Shown here: piece after piece, positions 19,331-30,836 of the stretch | Position numbering within the stretch: position 1 is the first letter of the stretch | Layout of the letters: every line of letters starts with the position of its first letter | Origin: Pseudomonadota bacterium | GTDB taxonomy: Bacteria; Pseudomonadota; Gammaproteobacteria; Steroidobacterales; Steroidobacteraceae | NCBI GenBank assembly: GCA_947449495.1 | Contig: CANFSB010000003.1 | Span: 16,933-80,932 of the forward strand | DNA length: 64,000 nucleotides | Reading direction: 5' to 3' | Position numbers and translations under genes: made by a program | Notes under the pieces: model-generated | Database searches by the model: none | What the model was told of the DNA's origin: nothing | The model's input: the letters and a program-made list of their open reading frames with translations, nothing else

Positions 19331-19714
19331 ATGCGTCTCAACGAGCACATTGGTACTACGCTTAATCTGATCCGGGCCTGGTCACCTGACTCGGTGACCC
19401 TTGGAACTGAGCGTTTGGAGCGGGCTTTTCTGGTCGCCCCACAAACACTGCTGACCGACTGGCCTGTGCAGCGGCTCGAACAGCTCGATGACACCGTTTT
19501 GGCGCCGCTGTGGGCACTGGCGCCGCAGGTTGTGCTGCTGGGCGCTGGCACGCGCACCCAGTGGCCACCGGCCAGTCTGCGCAGCCTGTTTGCGCGCCGC
19601 AATGTCGCCCTGGAGGCGATGGACTTGGGCGCCGCCTGTCGCACCTACAACGTACTGGCTCAGGAAAGCCGCGCCGTGGCCGCGCTGCTGTTTCCTGGTC
19701 ACATCGGCACATGA
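19331..19714 (+). CDS. Mth938-like / DUF498 domain protein
   Basis: 127 aa from ATG 19331 (MRLNEHIGTT...) in ORF 19058..19714. ...VVLLGAGTRTQWPP...VALEAMDLGAACRTYNVLAQESRAVAALL is typical of the Mth938 fold family. An alternative ATG at 19310 would overlap the divergent gene's start. Confidence 0.7.
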   Translation: MRLNEHIGTTLNLIRAWSPDSVTLGTERLERAFLVAPQTLLTDWPVQRLEQLDDTVLAPLWALAPQVVLLGAGTRTQWPPASLRSLFARRNVALEAMDLGAACRTYNVLAQESRAVAALLFPGHIGT

Positions 19715-19923
19715 TGAACTCCAGCGACGCCATCGAAGACCTGCAGATCCGCCTGGCGCATCTGGAGGCAGGCTTGCAGCAAGTCAGCGATGAAGTCGCG
19801 CGTCAGCAGCAACTCATCGACAGACTCACACTGCGCAACCAACAGCTGCAGGAACGCGTGGGCGAACTGCAGGGTGAAGGCGGCGATGCCGCGACACGCG
19901 TCGAGATACCGCCACACTACTGA
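19711..19923 (+). CDS. slyX: SlyX family protein
   Basis: 70 aa from ATG 19711 in ORF 19510..19923. Coiled-coil IEDLQIRLAHLE... ending in ...PPHY, as in E. coli SlyX. ATGA overlap with the preceding stop. Confidence 0.85.
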   Translation: MMNSSDAIEDLQIRLAHLEAGLQQVSDEVARQQQLIDRLTLRNQQLQERVGELQGEGGDAATRVEIPPHY

Positions 19924-19990
19924 GGCCGCTATCATCAAGCCGGTCGCGTCCGGCTGGGGTGGCGACAACAAAATCCGGGGAGACACAACA

Positions 19991-22165
19991 ATGCGTCGTA
20001 TTGCCATACTGTCTGCCAGCGCGACTCTCGCGCTGCTGTTTGCACTGGGCGGTTGCTCCAAAACCAATGCCCCCTCCGGCGAAGCGGAAAAATCCGGCGG
20101 TGCTGCCAATTCAGTCAAGTCCACCGCTGCGGTCAGTGCCGAGCGTTTGCTCAAGGCAGATAGCGACTCGGCCAACTGGCTGACCACCGGTCGCACCTAT
20201 GACGAGCAGCGCCACAGCCCACTCCAACAGATCAGCGATGGCACCGTAAAACAACTGGGCCTTGCCTGGCACCATGATTTGGACGCCATCAACCGGGGCC
20301 AACAGTCGACCCCCATCGTGGTCGATGGCGTGATGTACGTATCGGCCGCCTGGAGCAAAGTGTTCGCACTGGACGCACGCGACGGCAAACTGCTGTGGGC
20401 TTATGACCCCAAGGTACCTGGTGAATGGGGCATCAACGCCTGCTGCGATGTCGTCAATCGTGGCGTCGCGGTCTACAACGGCAAGGTGTATGTCGGCACG
20501 CTCGACGGTCGCTTAGTAGCGATTGATGCTGCCACCGGCAAGCCAGTGTGGGAAACGCTCACCATCGACAAGAGCAAGCGCTACGCCATATCGGGTGCAC
20601 CGCGCATTGCCAAGGGCAAAGTGTTCATCGGCAACGCTGGCTCAGAGCTGGGCGTACGCGGCTACATTTCGGCTTATGACGCCGAGACCGGCAAGCAGCT
20701 GTGGCGCTTCTATACAGTGCCTGGTGATCCGGCCGCAGGCTTCGAAAACGCCGCCATGGAAAAGGCCGCCAAGACCTGGACCGGTGAGTGGTGGAAGCTC
20801 GGCGGCGGCGGCACGGTCTGGGACGGCATCACCTATGACGCCGAATCCGACCTACTGTACTTCGGCACCGCTAACGGCACGCCGTGGAATTACTCACAGC
20901 GCAGCCCCAAAGGTGGCGACAACCTCTATCTAAGCTCCATCGTCGCGGTTAAAGCCGAGACCGGTGAATACGTCTGGCACTACCAGACCACACCGGCCGA
21001 CGAGTGGGACTATGACGCCACCAATCAACTGGTGCTGGCCACACTCAAGATCGGCGACAAGGACCGCAAGGTGGTCATGCAGGCCTCTAAGAACGGCGTG
21101 TTCTATGTACTCGATCGCGCGACCGGCGAGTTCATCTCGGCCAAGCCGTTTGTGACCATCAACTGGGCCACGGGTTTTGATCCCAAGACCGGTCGCCCCA
21201 AAGAAGCGGCTGATGCCCGCTACAGCAAGAGTGGCAAGACCTTCCTGGCGATTCCTGGCGCCGCCGGCGGTCACTCTTGGCATCCCATGTCCTTCAGCCC
21301 GGCAACAGGCCTGATGTACATCCCGGCGCTGGACATGGGTATGCCCTTCGCACCAGAGAACGGCCGCAAGACCAGCAAGTACACCTTCAACATCGGTTAC
21401 GACTTCGCTGCCACGTCGATGCCTCAGGACCCGATCATCAAGAAGAGCGTCAAAGAAGGCTCTGTCGGTCATCTGTCTGCCTGGGATCCGGTCGCACAAA
21501 AAGAAGTCTGGCGCGTTCAGTACAAAGAACCGTGGGCCGGCGGCGTGCTCAGCACTGCAGGCAACCTGGTCTTCCAAGGTACTGCGATGGGTGAGTTCGT
21601 GGCCTACAGTGCCGATAAGGGTACTCGCCTATGGGCTGCGTCCACCCAAGCTGGCGTGGTTGCTGCGCCCATCACCTATGAAGTCGGCGGCGAGCAATAT
21701 GTGGCCGTAGAAGTCGGTTACGGCGGTGCACTGGCCATTGCTGCAGGTGAGATCGCGCGGGACAAGCACATCAAGGGCAACAACACACCGCGCATCCTGG
21801 TCTACAAGCTCGGTGGTACCGATACCTTGCCCGCACCGGTTGTTGTGGATCTGCCGTTGAACCCGCCCGCCCAAACTGCCAGCGCCGAGGTGGTTGAAAA
21901 GGGCTTCAAAATCTTCCATCCCTACTGCAACAACTGCCACGGCGATGCAGCGGTCAGCGGCAGTGCCATTCCCGATCTGCAGCATTCGCCAACGCTGGCT
22001 GATGCAGCCGCGTGGGAGAGCATCGTATTGGGCGGTGCCCGCAAGGATCGCGGCATGGTCGGCTTCGCCGACGAGCTGAACAAGGAGGATGTTGAGGCCT
22101 TGCGTGCCTATGTCATCCACCGCGCCCACGAAACCCTTGCTGAAAACAAGGCTGCCAAAAAGTAG
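19991..22165 (+). CDS. PQQ-dependent quinohemoprotein alcohol dehydrogenase (type II-like), probable lipoprotein
   Basis: 724 aa from ATG 19991 (GGGGAG SD) in ORF 19790..22165. N-terminal MRRIAILSASATLALLFALGG/CS lipobox. Vicinal Cys pair ...INACCDVVNRG... and repeated W-motif propeller typical of PQQ ADHs. C-terminal cytochrome c domain with CNNCH. Confidence 0.9.
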   Translation: MRRIAILSASATLALLFALGGCSKTNAPSGEAEKSGGAANSVKSTAAVSAERLLKADSDSANWLTTGRTYDEQRHSPLQQISDGTVKQLGLAWHHDLDAINRGQQSTPIVVDGVMYVSAAWSKVFALDARDGKLLWAYDPKVPGEWGINACCDVVNRGVAVYNGKVYVGTLDGRLVAIDAATGKPVWETLTIDKSKRYAISGAPRIAKGKVFIGNAGSELGVRGYISAYDAETGKQLWRFYTVPGDPAAGFENAAMEKAAKTWTGEWWKLGGGGTVWDGITYDAESDLLYFGTANGTPWNYSQRSPKGGDNLYLSSIVAVKAETGEYVWHYQTTPADEWDYDATNQLVLATLKIGDKDRKVVMQASKNGVFYVLDRATGEFISAKPFVTINWATGFDPKTGRPKEAADARYSKSGKTFLAIPGAAGGHSWHPMSFSPATGLMYIPALDMGMPFAPENGRKTSKYTFNIGYDFAATSMPQDPIIKKSVKEGSVGHLSAWDPVAQKEVWRVQYKEPWAGGVLSTAGNLVFQGTAMGEFVAYSADKGTRLWAASTQAGVVAAPITYEVGGEQYVAVEVGYGGALAIAAGEIARDKHIKGNNTPRILVYKLGGTDTLPAPVVVDLPLNPPAQTASAEVVEKGFKIFHPYCNNCHGDAAVSGSAIPDLQHSPTLADAAAWESIVLGGARKDRGMVGFADELNKEDVEALRAYVIHRAHETLAENKAAKK

Positions 22166-22176
22166 CCCGCCTGCAA

Positions 22177-22201
22177 GACCCGCCCCACGTCGGGGCGGGT
22201 C
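22177..22201 (+). terminator. GC-rich stem-loop after the ADH gene
   Basis: GACCCGCCCC-acgtc-GGGGCGGGTC, 12 nt after the TAG. No clear U-tract, so terminator activity is uncertain. Confidence 0.4.
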
Positions 22202-22241
22202 TGACTACACTATCCGTCCACCTCACTCTTCTGGAGCCTGC

Positions 22242-22955
22242 ATGCGCCGTTTTGCCCTGCCCTTGCTGACGTCTGTTGTTGTTCTAGCCGGCTGCGCCGA
22301 CGCCGCTCAACAAACTCCCAAGACCGACGACGATAAAGCGCTGTACAACCTGGGCGTCATGCTCAGCAGCAGCATCACCACTTTCCACTTCACCCCCAAA
22401 GAACTGGAACTGGTGAAAGCAGGTCTGGTCGATGGTGCGCAAGAGAAGGCCAATACCGAGGATCTGGAAAAGTACATCGCCAAGCTGCAGGAACTGCAGA
22501 AGACGCGCGTGGCAGAAGCCGCTGAAAAGGAAAAGACTTCCGGCGCAGCGTTTCTGGCCAAGGCTGCTGCAGAGAAAGATGCCACCAAGACCGAAAGCGG
22601 CTTGGTGATCAAGACCGTCAAGGCCGGCACTGGCGACAGCCCCAAGGCTGACAATCAGGTCAAGGTGCACTACGAAGGGAAGTTCACCGACGGCAAGGTC
22701 TTCGACAGCTCCATCAAGCGCAACGAGCCTGCCGTGTTCCCGCTCGGTGGCGTGATCCCGTGCTGGACCGAGGCTCTGCAGCTAATGAAGGTCGGTGGCA
22801 AGGCGCAGGTCGTCTGCCCGCCCAACTTGGCCTACGGTGACGAAGGCCGTCCGCCGCAGATGCGCGGTGGTGCAACGTTGGTGTTCGATGTTGAGTTGCT
22901 GGAGATCGTCAAGGGTGAGGCCGCCGCCCCCGCCGCTCCCGGCGCGCCGCGCTGA
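22242..22955 (+). CDS. FKBP-type peptidyl-prolyl cis-trans isomerase (FkpA/Mip-like), lipoprotein
   Basis: 237 aa from ATG 22242 in ORF 22089..22955. Lipobox VVLAG/CAD, helical N-domain, and C-terminal FKBP domain VHYEGKFTDGKVFDSS...VIPCWTEALQLMKVGGKA...PPNLAYGDEG...LVFDVELLEI. Confidence 0.9.
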   Translation: MRRFALPLLTSVVVLAGCADAAQQTPKTDDDKALYNLGVMLSSSITTFHFTPKELELVKAGLVDGAQEKANTEDLEKYIAKLQELQKTRVAEAAEKEKTSGAAFLAKAAAEKDATKTESGLVIKTVKAGTGDSPKADNQVKVHYEGKFTDGKVFDSSIKRNEPAVFPLGGVIPCWTEALQLMKVGGKAQVVCPPNLAYGDEGRPPQMRGGATLVFDVELLEIVKGEAAAPAAPGAPR

Positions 22956-22983
22956 TACCGTAAGGCATCACACAAAAAGAAAA

Positions 22984-23008
22984 GGCCCCGCATGCGGGGC
23001 CTTTTTTT
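22984..23008. terminator. bidirectional rho-independent terminator
   Basis: Perfect palindrome GGCCCCGCATGCGGGGCC (22984-23001), followed by TTTTTTT on the plus strand and by TTTTCTTTTTGTGTG on the minus strand. Confidence 0.85.
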
Positions 23009-23017
23009 GGGGCTGGA

Positions 23018-23188
23018 GCCCACCGAAAGAAGACACAGGGAGAAAAGGCAGATCCTTAACCAGTGATCGAAGCTGACAGAATCGAAACTGGCGGTGAACG
23101 CTTTTTGTTTTTCTTATATCGACTCGATTTTTGCTTTTGTCGGAACCGAAACCGACTTCCCTGACACCTGTGTCTTCTTTCCGTGGGC
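23018..23188. repeat. 22-nt inverted repeat pair bracketing an AT-rich core (possible MITE-like element or structured RNA)
   Basis: 23018-23039 GCCCACCGAAAGAAGACACAGG versus 23167-23188 CCTGTGTCTTCTTTCCGTGGGC, with 21/22 positions complementary. The core contains T-runs (23102-23140). Confidence 0.6.
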
Positions 23189-23290
23189 CCCTCAGTGATC
23201 GTTGAATCTCCAACGAAACTGAACGCTGCCTGAACGGACTACACCATGCCCTGTCGGTGGTGACAAGTATTTTTTTGCAAGCGGATTAAG

Positions 23291-23321
23291 GCACCGATAC
23301 GTCTCGATTCGAGATCGGTGC
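23291..23321 (-). terminator. stem-loop downstream of pcm
   Basis: GCACCGAT...ATCGGTGC outer stem with an inner TCTCG/CGAGA stem, 15 nt after the pcm stop. No U-tract on the minus strand. Confidence 0.35.
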
Positions 23322-23335
23322 GACGGACTGTCAGG

Positions 23336-23992
23336 TCAGGCCAGACCGCCCAGCAAAGGCACAAAGCTGACTGGCCCGAGTATCTCGCGCGTCACGCCGG
23401 TTTCGGTGCGTGTAAGGCGCAGCAACTGCTGTTCACCCTCCGGACCCACTGGCGCCACCAAACGCCCGCCCACCGCCAACTGGGCCACGAGTGCTTCCGG
23501 AAGCGTCAAGGGTGCCGCAGCAGCGAGGATGCCGTCATAGGGCGCCTGAGTAGGCCAACCCTTCATGCCGTCACCATGGCGCAGGCGTGCATTGCGCACG
23601 TCCAGCTCAAGCAAGCGCTCACGCGCACGCTGCACCAAGGGTTCCACCCGCTCGATCGAATAGATGAGTTCGACAAACGGTGAAAGTACCGCGGTTTGGT
23701 AACCGCAACCGGTGCCGATTTCCAGCACCTTGCCCAGCGGCCCGCCCTGCAGCAGTGCCTCGGTCATACGCGCCACAATGAACGGCTGCGAGATGGTCTG
23801 GCCAAAGCCAATGGGCAGCGCAGTGTCTTCATAGGCGCGACTGGCCAGCGCTTCGTCCACAAAAATATGCCGCGGTAGAACGCGCACGCGCTCCAGCACC
23901 CGCAAGTCCACAATGCCTTGGTCGCGCAACCGTTGCACCAATCGGTCGCGAGTACGCGCCGAGGTCATGCCTATGCCGGCGTGACGGTTCAT
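23336..23992 (-). CDS. pcm: protein-L-isoaspartate O-methyltransferase
   Basis: ORF 23336..24013. Start chosen at ATG 23992 (ATGA overlap with the surE stop), with an alternative ATG at 23968. ...[13 protein letters not shown]...[15 protein letters not shown]... motifs. Confidence 0.93.
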   Translation of the reverse strand: MNRHAGIGMTSARTRDRLVQRLRDQGIVDLRVLERVRVLPRHIFVDEALASRAYEDTALPIGFGQTISQPFIVARMTEALLQGGPLGKVLEIGTGCGYQTAVLSPFVELIYSIERVEPLVQRARERLLELDVRNARLRHGDGMKGWPTQAPYDGILAAAAPLTLPEALVAQLAVGGRLVAPVGPEGEQQLLRLTRTETGVTREILGPVSFVPLLGGLA

Positions 23993-24750
23993 CGTGCCAG
24001 CGGTTCCAGCCACTGACTTACCGTAGCCAGGGCGCTATGACGCGTCAGATCGATCTGCAATGGCGTGACCGACACATAGCCCTGTGAGACGGCGTGAAAG
24101 TCGGTGCCCTCTCCCGCGTCCTGACCCTCACCTGCCGGCCCTATCCAATACATGTTACGGCCACGCGGGTCGGTGATCGCGATAGCCGGTTCTGAACGAT
24201 GGCGATTGCCCAGACGCGTGGCAACGATGCCGCGGATCTGCTCATAGGGCAGATCCGGAATGTTGACGTTGAGCGTGAATCCGCGTTCCAGCGGCTGTTC
24301 GAGCAGACGGCCAACCAGCTCGCGCGCCACGCGCGCCGCAGCATCGAAATGCCGCCCACTACCGGGCTCAACACACAGCGAAAACGCCACCGTGGGCAGG
24401 CCCAGAAAGCGTCCCTCTATGGCGGCGGCAACGGTACCGCTGTACAGCGTGTCATCACCTAGGTTGGCACCATCGTTAATGCCCGAGCACACCAGGTCGA
24501 ACTCGAAATCAAAATAACCGGATAAGGCAAGGTGCACGCAATCGGTAGGCGTACCGCCCGAAACAAAATAGCTGGACGGACCGGCCTCGAACACGCGCAA
24601 CGGCATATCGAGCGTCAGCGAGTTGCTGGCACCACTGCGGTTGCGATCGGGTGCGAAGACGGTGGTGCTGCCATGACCGGAGAGGGCCGCAGCCAAATGC
24701 ACTATGCCCTCGGCACGATAGCCGTCATCGTTGCTGACGAGGATGCGCAT
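23989..24750 (-). CDS. surE: 5'/3'-nucleotidase SurE
   Basis: In ORF 23989..24861, from ATG 24750: [16 protein letters not shown]...[12 protein letters not shown]... Confidence 0.94.
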   Translation of the reverse strand: MRILVSNDDGYRAEGIVHLAAALSGHGSTTVFAPDRNRSGASNSLTLDMPLRVFEAGPSSYFVSGGTPTDCVHLALSGYFDFEFDLVCSGINDGANLGDDTLYSGTVAAAIEGRFLGLPTVAFSLCVEPGSGRHFDAAARVARELVGRLLEQPLERGFTLNVNIPDLPYEQIRGIVATRLGNRHRSEPAIAITDPRGRNMYWIGPAGEGQDAGEGTDFHAVSQGYVSVTPLQIDLTRHSALATVSQWLEPLAR

Positions 24751-24828
24751 CTGTTGAACCAAGCCTGTAAATCGTGCTGTAACTATACTGGAATTCATCC
24801 TTCGCCGTTCGCACCCGGAAAGCACGCC

Positions 24829-25404
24829 ATGGCCAACAACCAGGACGACGACCCAGCGCACAACGACCTTGCGCTACTACAGGCTGCGCTGCGCGATGTG
24901 CGGCCGTTGCAGTTCGAGCCGCGCCATGTGCCACAGCGCCGCCGCCCTGCGCCGCGCGCCAGATTCACGCGGGCCGACCGTCGCGCCGTGCTGGCCGAAA
25001 GCCTGGCTGATCTGCGCCAACCACTGGCGCCAGTGATCGAATCCGGCGAGGAGTTACAGTTCAAGCGCGACAGCGTGTCCCCGCTAACCTTTAAGCAGCT
25101 GCGTCGCGGCCAGTTTCGTGTCGACTCGGAACTGGATCTGCATGGCCTGACGCTGGCGCAGGCAGAGCAACTGCTGGGTGAGTTTCTGGCTGATGCGCTG
25201 ATACACGGACTGCGGGTGCTGCGCGTCGTTCACGGCAAGGGGCTGCGCTCCGGACATCGGGGTCCGGTGCTCAAGCATCTGGTGAACCGCTATCTGCAGC
25301 GCGTGGATGCGGTACTGGCTTTCGCCAGTGCCCGCGAAGTGGATGGTGGTTCAGGAGCCTGTCTGGTGCTGATGGGCGCGCGGCGCACGGCCCCCAGACT
25401 GTGA
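24829..25404 (+). CDS. Smr domain protein (SmrA/YdaL-like endonuclease)
   Basis: 191 aa from ATG 24829 in ORF 24532..25404. C-terminal Smr domain [20 protein letters not shown]...LRVVHGKG... Confidence 0.8.
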   Translation: MANNQDDDPAHNDLALLQAALRDVRPLQFEPRHVPQRRRPAPRARFTRADRRAVLAESLADLRQPLAPVIESGEELQFKRDSVSPLTFKQLRRGQFRVDSELDLHGLTLAQAEQLLGEFLADALIHGLRVLRVVHGKGLRSGHRGPVLKHLVNRYLQRVDAVLAFASAREVDGGSGACLVLMGARRTAPRL

Positions 25405-25405
25405 C

Positions 25406-25885
25406 CTAGGCTGGGAGCAACAGCACCGTGGCCAAGGCTGCAAGGCCCTCCGATCGCCCGATGAAGCCCAGGTATTCGGTAGTGGTCGCCTTGAGATTAA
25501 CGCAGTCCCGTTCCACACCCAGCAAAGCCGCCACGTGCGTGCAGATCGCTTCGCGATGGGCACCGATACGCGGGGCCTGAGCCAGCAGCGTCATATCCGC
25601 GTTGCCTACGACCAGACCCCGCGCGGCAAGCATTCCCACCACCGCCGTGACAAACCGGCTGCTGTCTGCGCCACGCCATTGCGGATCGGTATCGGGAAAG
25701 TGCTGACCGATGTCACCCAAGCCCGCAGCACCCAGCAGCGCATCACACAGGGCATGCAACAACACGTCGCCATCCGAGTGCGCGATCACACCATGATCAT
25801 GGGCGATGCTGATGCCACCGAGTACTACCGTATTGCCAGGCCCGAAGGCGTGCGCATCGAATCCCGTACCCACCTTGATGTTCAT
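25406..25885 (-). CDS. ispF: 2-C-methyl-D-erythritol 2,4-cyclodiphosphate synthase
   Basis: 159 aa. GTGFDAHAF...AHSDGDVLLHALCDALLGA... Confidence 0.96.
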   Translation of the reverse strand: MNIKVGTGFDAHAFGPGNTVVLGGISIAHDHGVIAHSDGDVLLHALCDALLGAAGLGDIGQHFPDTDPQWRGADSSRFVTAVVGMLAARGLVVGNADMTLLAQAPRIGAHREAICTHVAALLGVERDCVNLKATTTEYLGFIGRSEGLAALATVLLLPA

Positions 25886-26580
25886 GCGCGCTCCATGGCA
25901 GCCGTCAGCAATGCCTGCGCCAGCGGCAGATCGGCAGCGCTGGTGACCTTGAGATTTGTGCTGCGGCCTTCAACCAGCAGCGGTTTGCAACCTAATGCCT
26001 CGATTGCTTGAGCTTCGTCCGTCGGCCGCTCGCCCCGCGCCAATGCCTGCTGTAACGCGTTGACCAGTAAACCGTGGCGAAACATCTGTGGCGTCTGTGC
26101 CCGCCACAGCGCTTGGCGCGGCAGCGTGGCTGACACCTGTTGCAATGCATCAGCCTGTTTGAGCGTGTCGGCCAAGGGCAGTGCCAGCAAGCCACCGGCC
26201 GCGTGGTTACAAACGGCATCTAGCAAGGCATCACGCTCGGCAGCAGTGAGGCACGGGCGTGCCGCGTCGTGTACCAACACCCAGTCGTCTGGGGCAGCAG
26301 GCAGCGCAGCCAAACCTGCCAACACCGACTCGCACCGCTCTGCGCCACCGGTCGCGGTGATGAGACGTTCGCCGTAGCGGGCACGCAAATCGAGCGCATC
26401 AAACCAGCGGTCTTCGGCAGACAAGGCCAGTGCCACGCCACGACAGCGAGCATCGCTGAGCAAAGGGTGCAGGGACCATTCGAGCACCGTGAGACCAGCC
26501 AATGGTGCGTATTGCTTGGGCAAGGCGCCACCGAAGCGCCGACCGGTGCCTGCCGCTGGCAGCACACCCCAGTAGCGCAT
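25882..26580 (-). CDS. ispD: 2-C-methyl-D-erythritol 4-phosphate cytidylyltransferase
   Basis: 232 aa. VLPAAGTGRRFG...PKQY...VLVHDAARPC. ATGA overlap with ispF. Confidence 0.95.
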   Translation of the reverse strand: MRYWGVLPAAGTGRRFGGALPKQYAPLAGLTVLEWSLHPLLSDARCRGVALALSAEDRWFDALDLRARYGERLITATGGAERCESVLAGLAALPAAPDDWVLVHDAARPCLTAAERDALLDAVCNHAAGGLLALPLADTLKQADALQQVSATLPRQALWRAQTPQMFRHGLLVNALQQALARGERPTDEAQAIEALGCKPLLVEGRSTNLKVTSAADLPLAQALLTAAMERA

Positions 26581-26583
26581 AGG

Positions 26584-26952
26584 TCAGCGCGCTCCGGTGC
26601 GCTGCGGCCTGGCGGGCAACGCAGCAGCTGCCGGTGCGACAGGTGCCGCCGGCAACGACTGCGACGCCTCTGCGCCCGAGGGCGCTGTGATGACCTGATA
26701 GTAGTTTTCGTCGGCGTTGATGAGGCCCAAGTCGTTGCGAGCGCGCTCTTCGATGGCGGCATCGCCTTGCTTGAGGTCCCGGACCTCTTCAGCCATTTGC
26801 CGATTACGCTCGGCCAGCTTGTCGTTGCGCGACTTCTGATCGGCAATGGATTGCTCCAACTGACCAATCTCGCGCACGCCGCTGTCTGAGAGCCACAGTC
26901 GATACTGCGTTCCCAGAATCACCAGCAACAATGCCGCGCCGAGCCACTTCAT
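26584..26952 (-). CDS. ftsB: cell division protein FtsB
   Basis: 122 aa. N-terminal TM helix, coiled coil, then ...IEERARNDLGLINADENYYQV. Confidence 0.9.
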   Translation of the reverse strand: MKWLGAALLLVILGTQYRLWLSDSGVREIGQLEQSIADQKSRNDKLAERNRQMAEEVRDLKQGDAAIEERARNDLGLINADENYYQVITAPSGAEASQSLPAAPVAPAAAALPARPQRTGAR

Positions 26953-26994
26953 GTTGGCGAGCCTACCAGAGCCCGACGCAACGCGGCAGTCACC

Positions 26995-30820
<3,826 letters not shown>

Positions 30821-30836
30821 TCAGTCTAGCGAAAGA

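Noticed and set aside
22201-22241. Search for a sigma-E promoter upstream of the FkpA-like gene (fkpA is sigma-E regulated in E. coli)
   Set aside because: No GAACTT-N16-TCnAA arrangement could be fitted. Only unrelated fragments (CTGACT, TCACT) occur, at the wrong spacing.
23061-23162. 33-codon plus-strand GTG ORF (VIEADRIETGGERFLFFLYRLDFCFCRNRNRLP), considered as a type I toxin-like peptide
   Set aside because: There is no convincing RBS, and the hydrophobic stretch is too short and too charged for a TM helix. It arises from the T-rich core. There is no supporting evidence beyond the open frame.
22968-23213. 81-aa minus-strand ORF (MEIQRSLRGPRKEDTG...) inside the orphan intergenic island
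   Set aside because: It runs straight through the strong bidirectional terminator palindrome and both repeat arms. It has no SD and a low-complexity, basic composition that is atypical for this genome. It is more likely a chance ORF in AT-richer DNA.
24765-24789. Direct CTGTAA repeats (24765-24770 and 24777-24782) in the surE/smr divergent region, considered as a Pho box or SOS box
   Set aside because: The repeat phasing is 12 nt, not the 11 nt of Pho boxes. The pattern is CTGT-N8-CTGT, not the palindromic CTGT-N8-ACAG of LexA sites. The second repeat abuts the -10-like TATACT, which is the wrong geometry.
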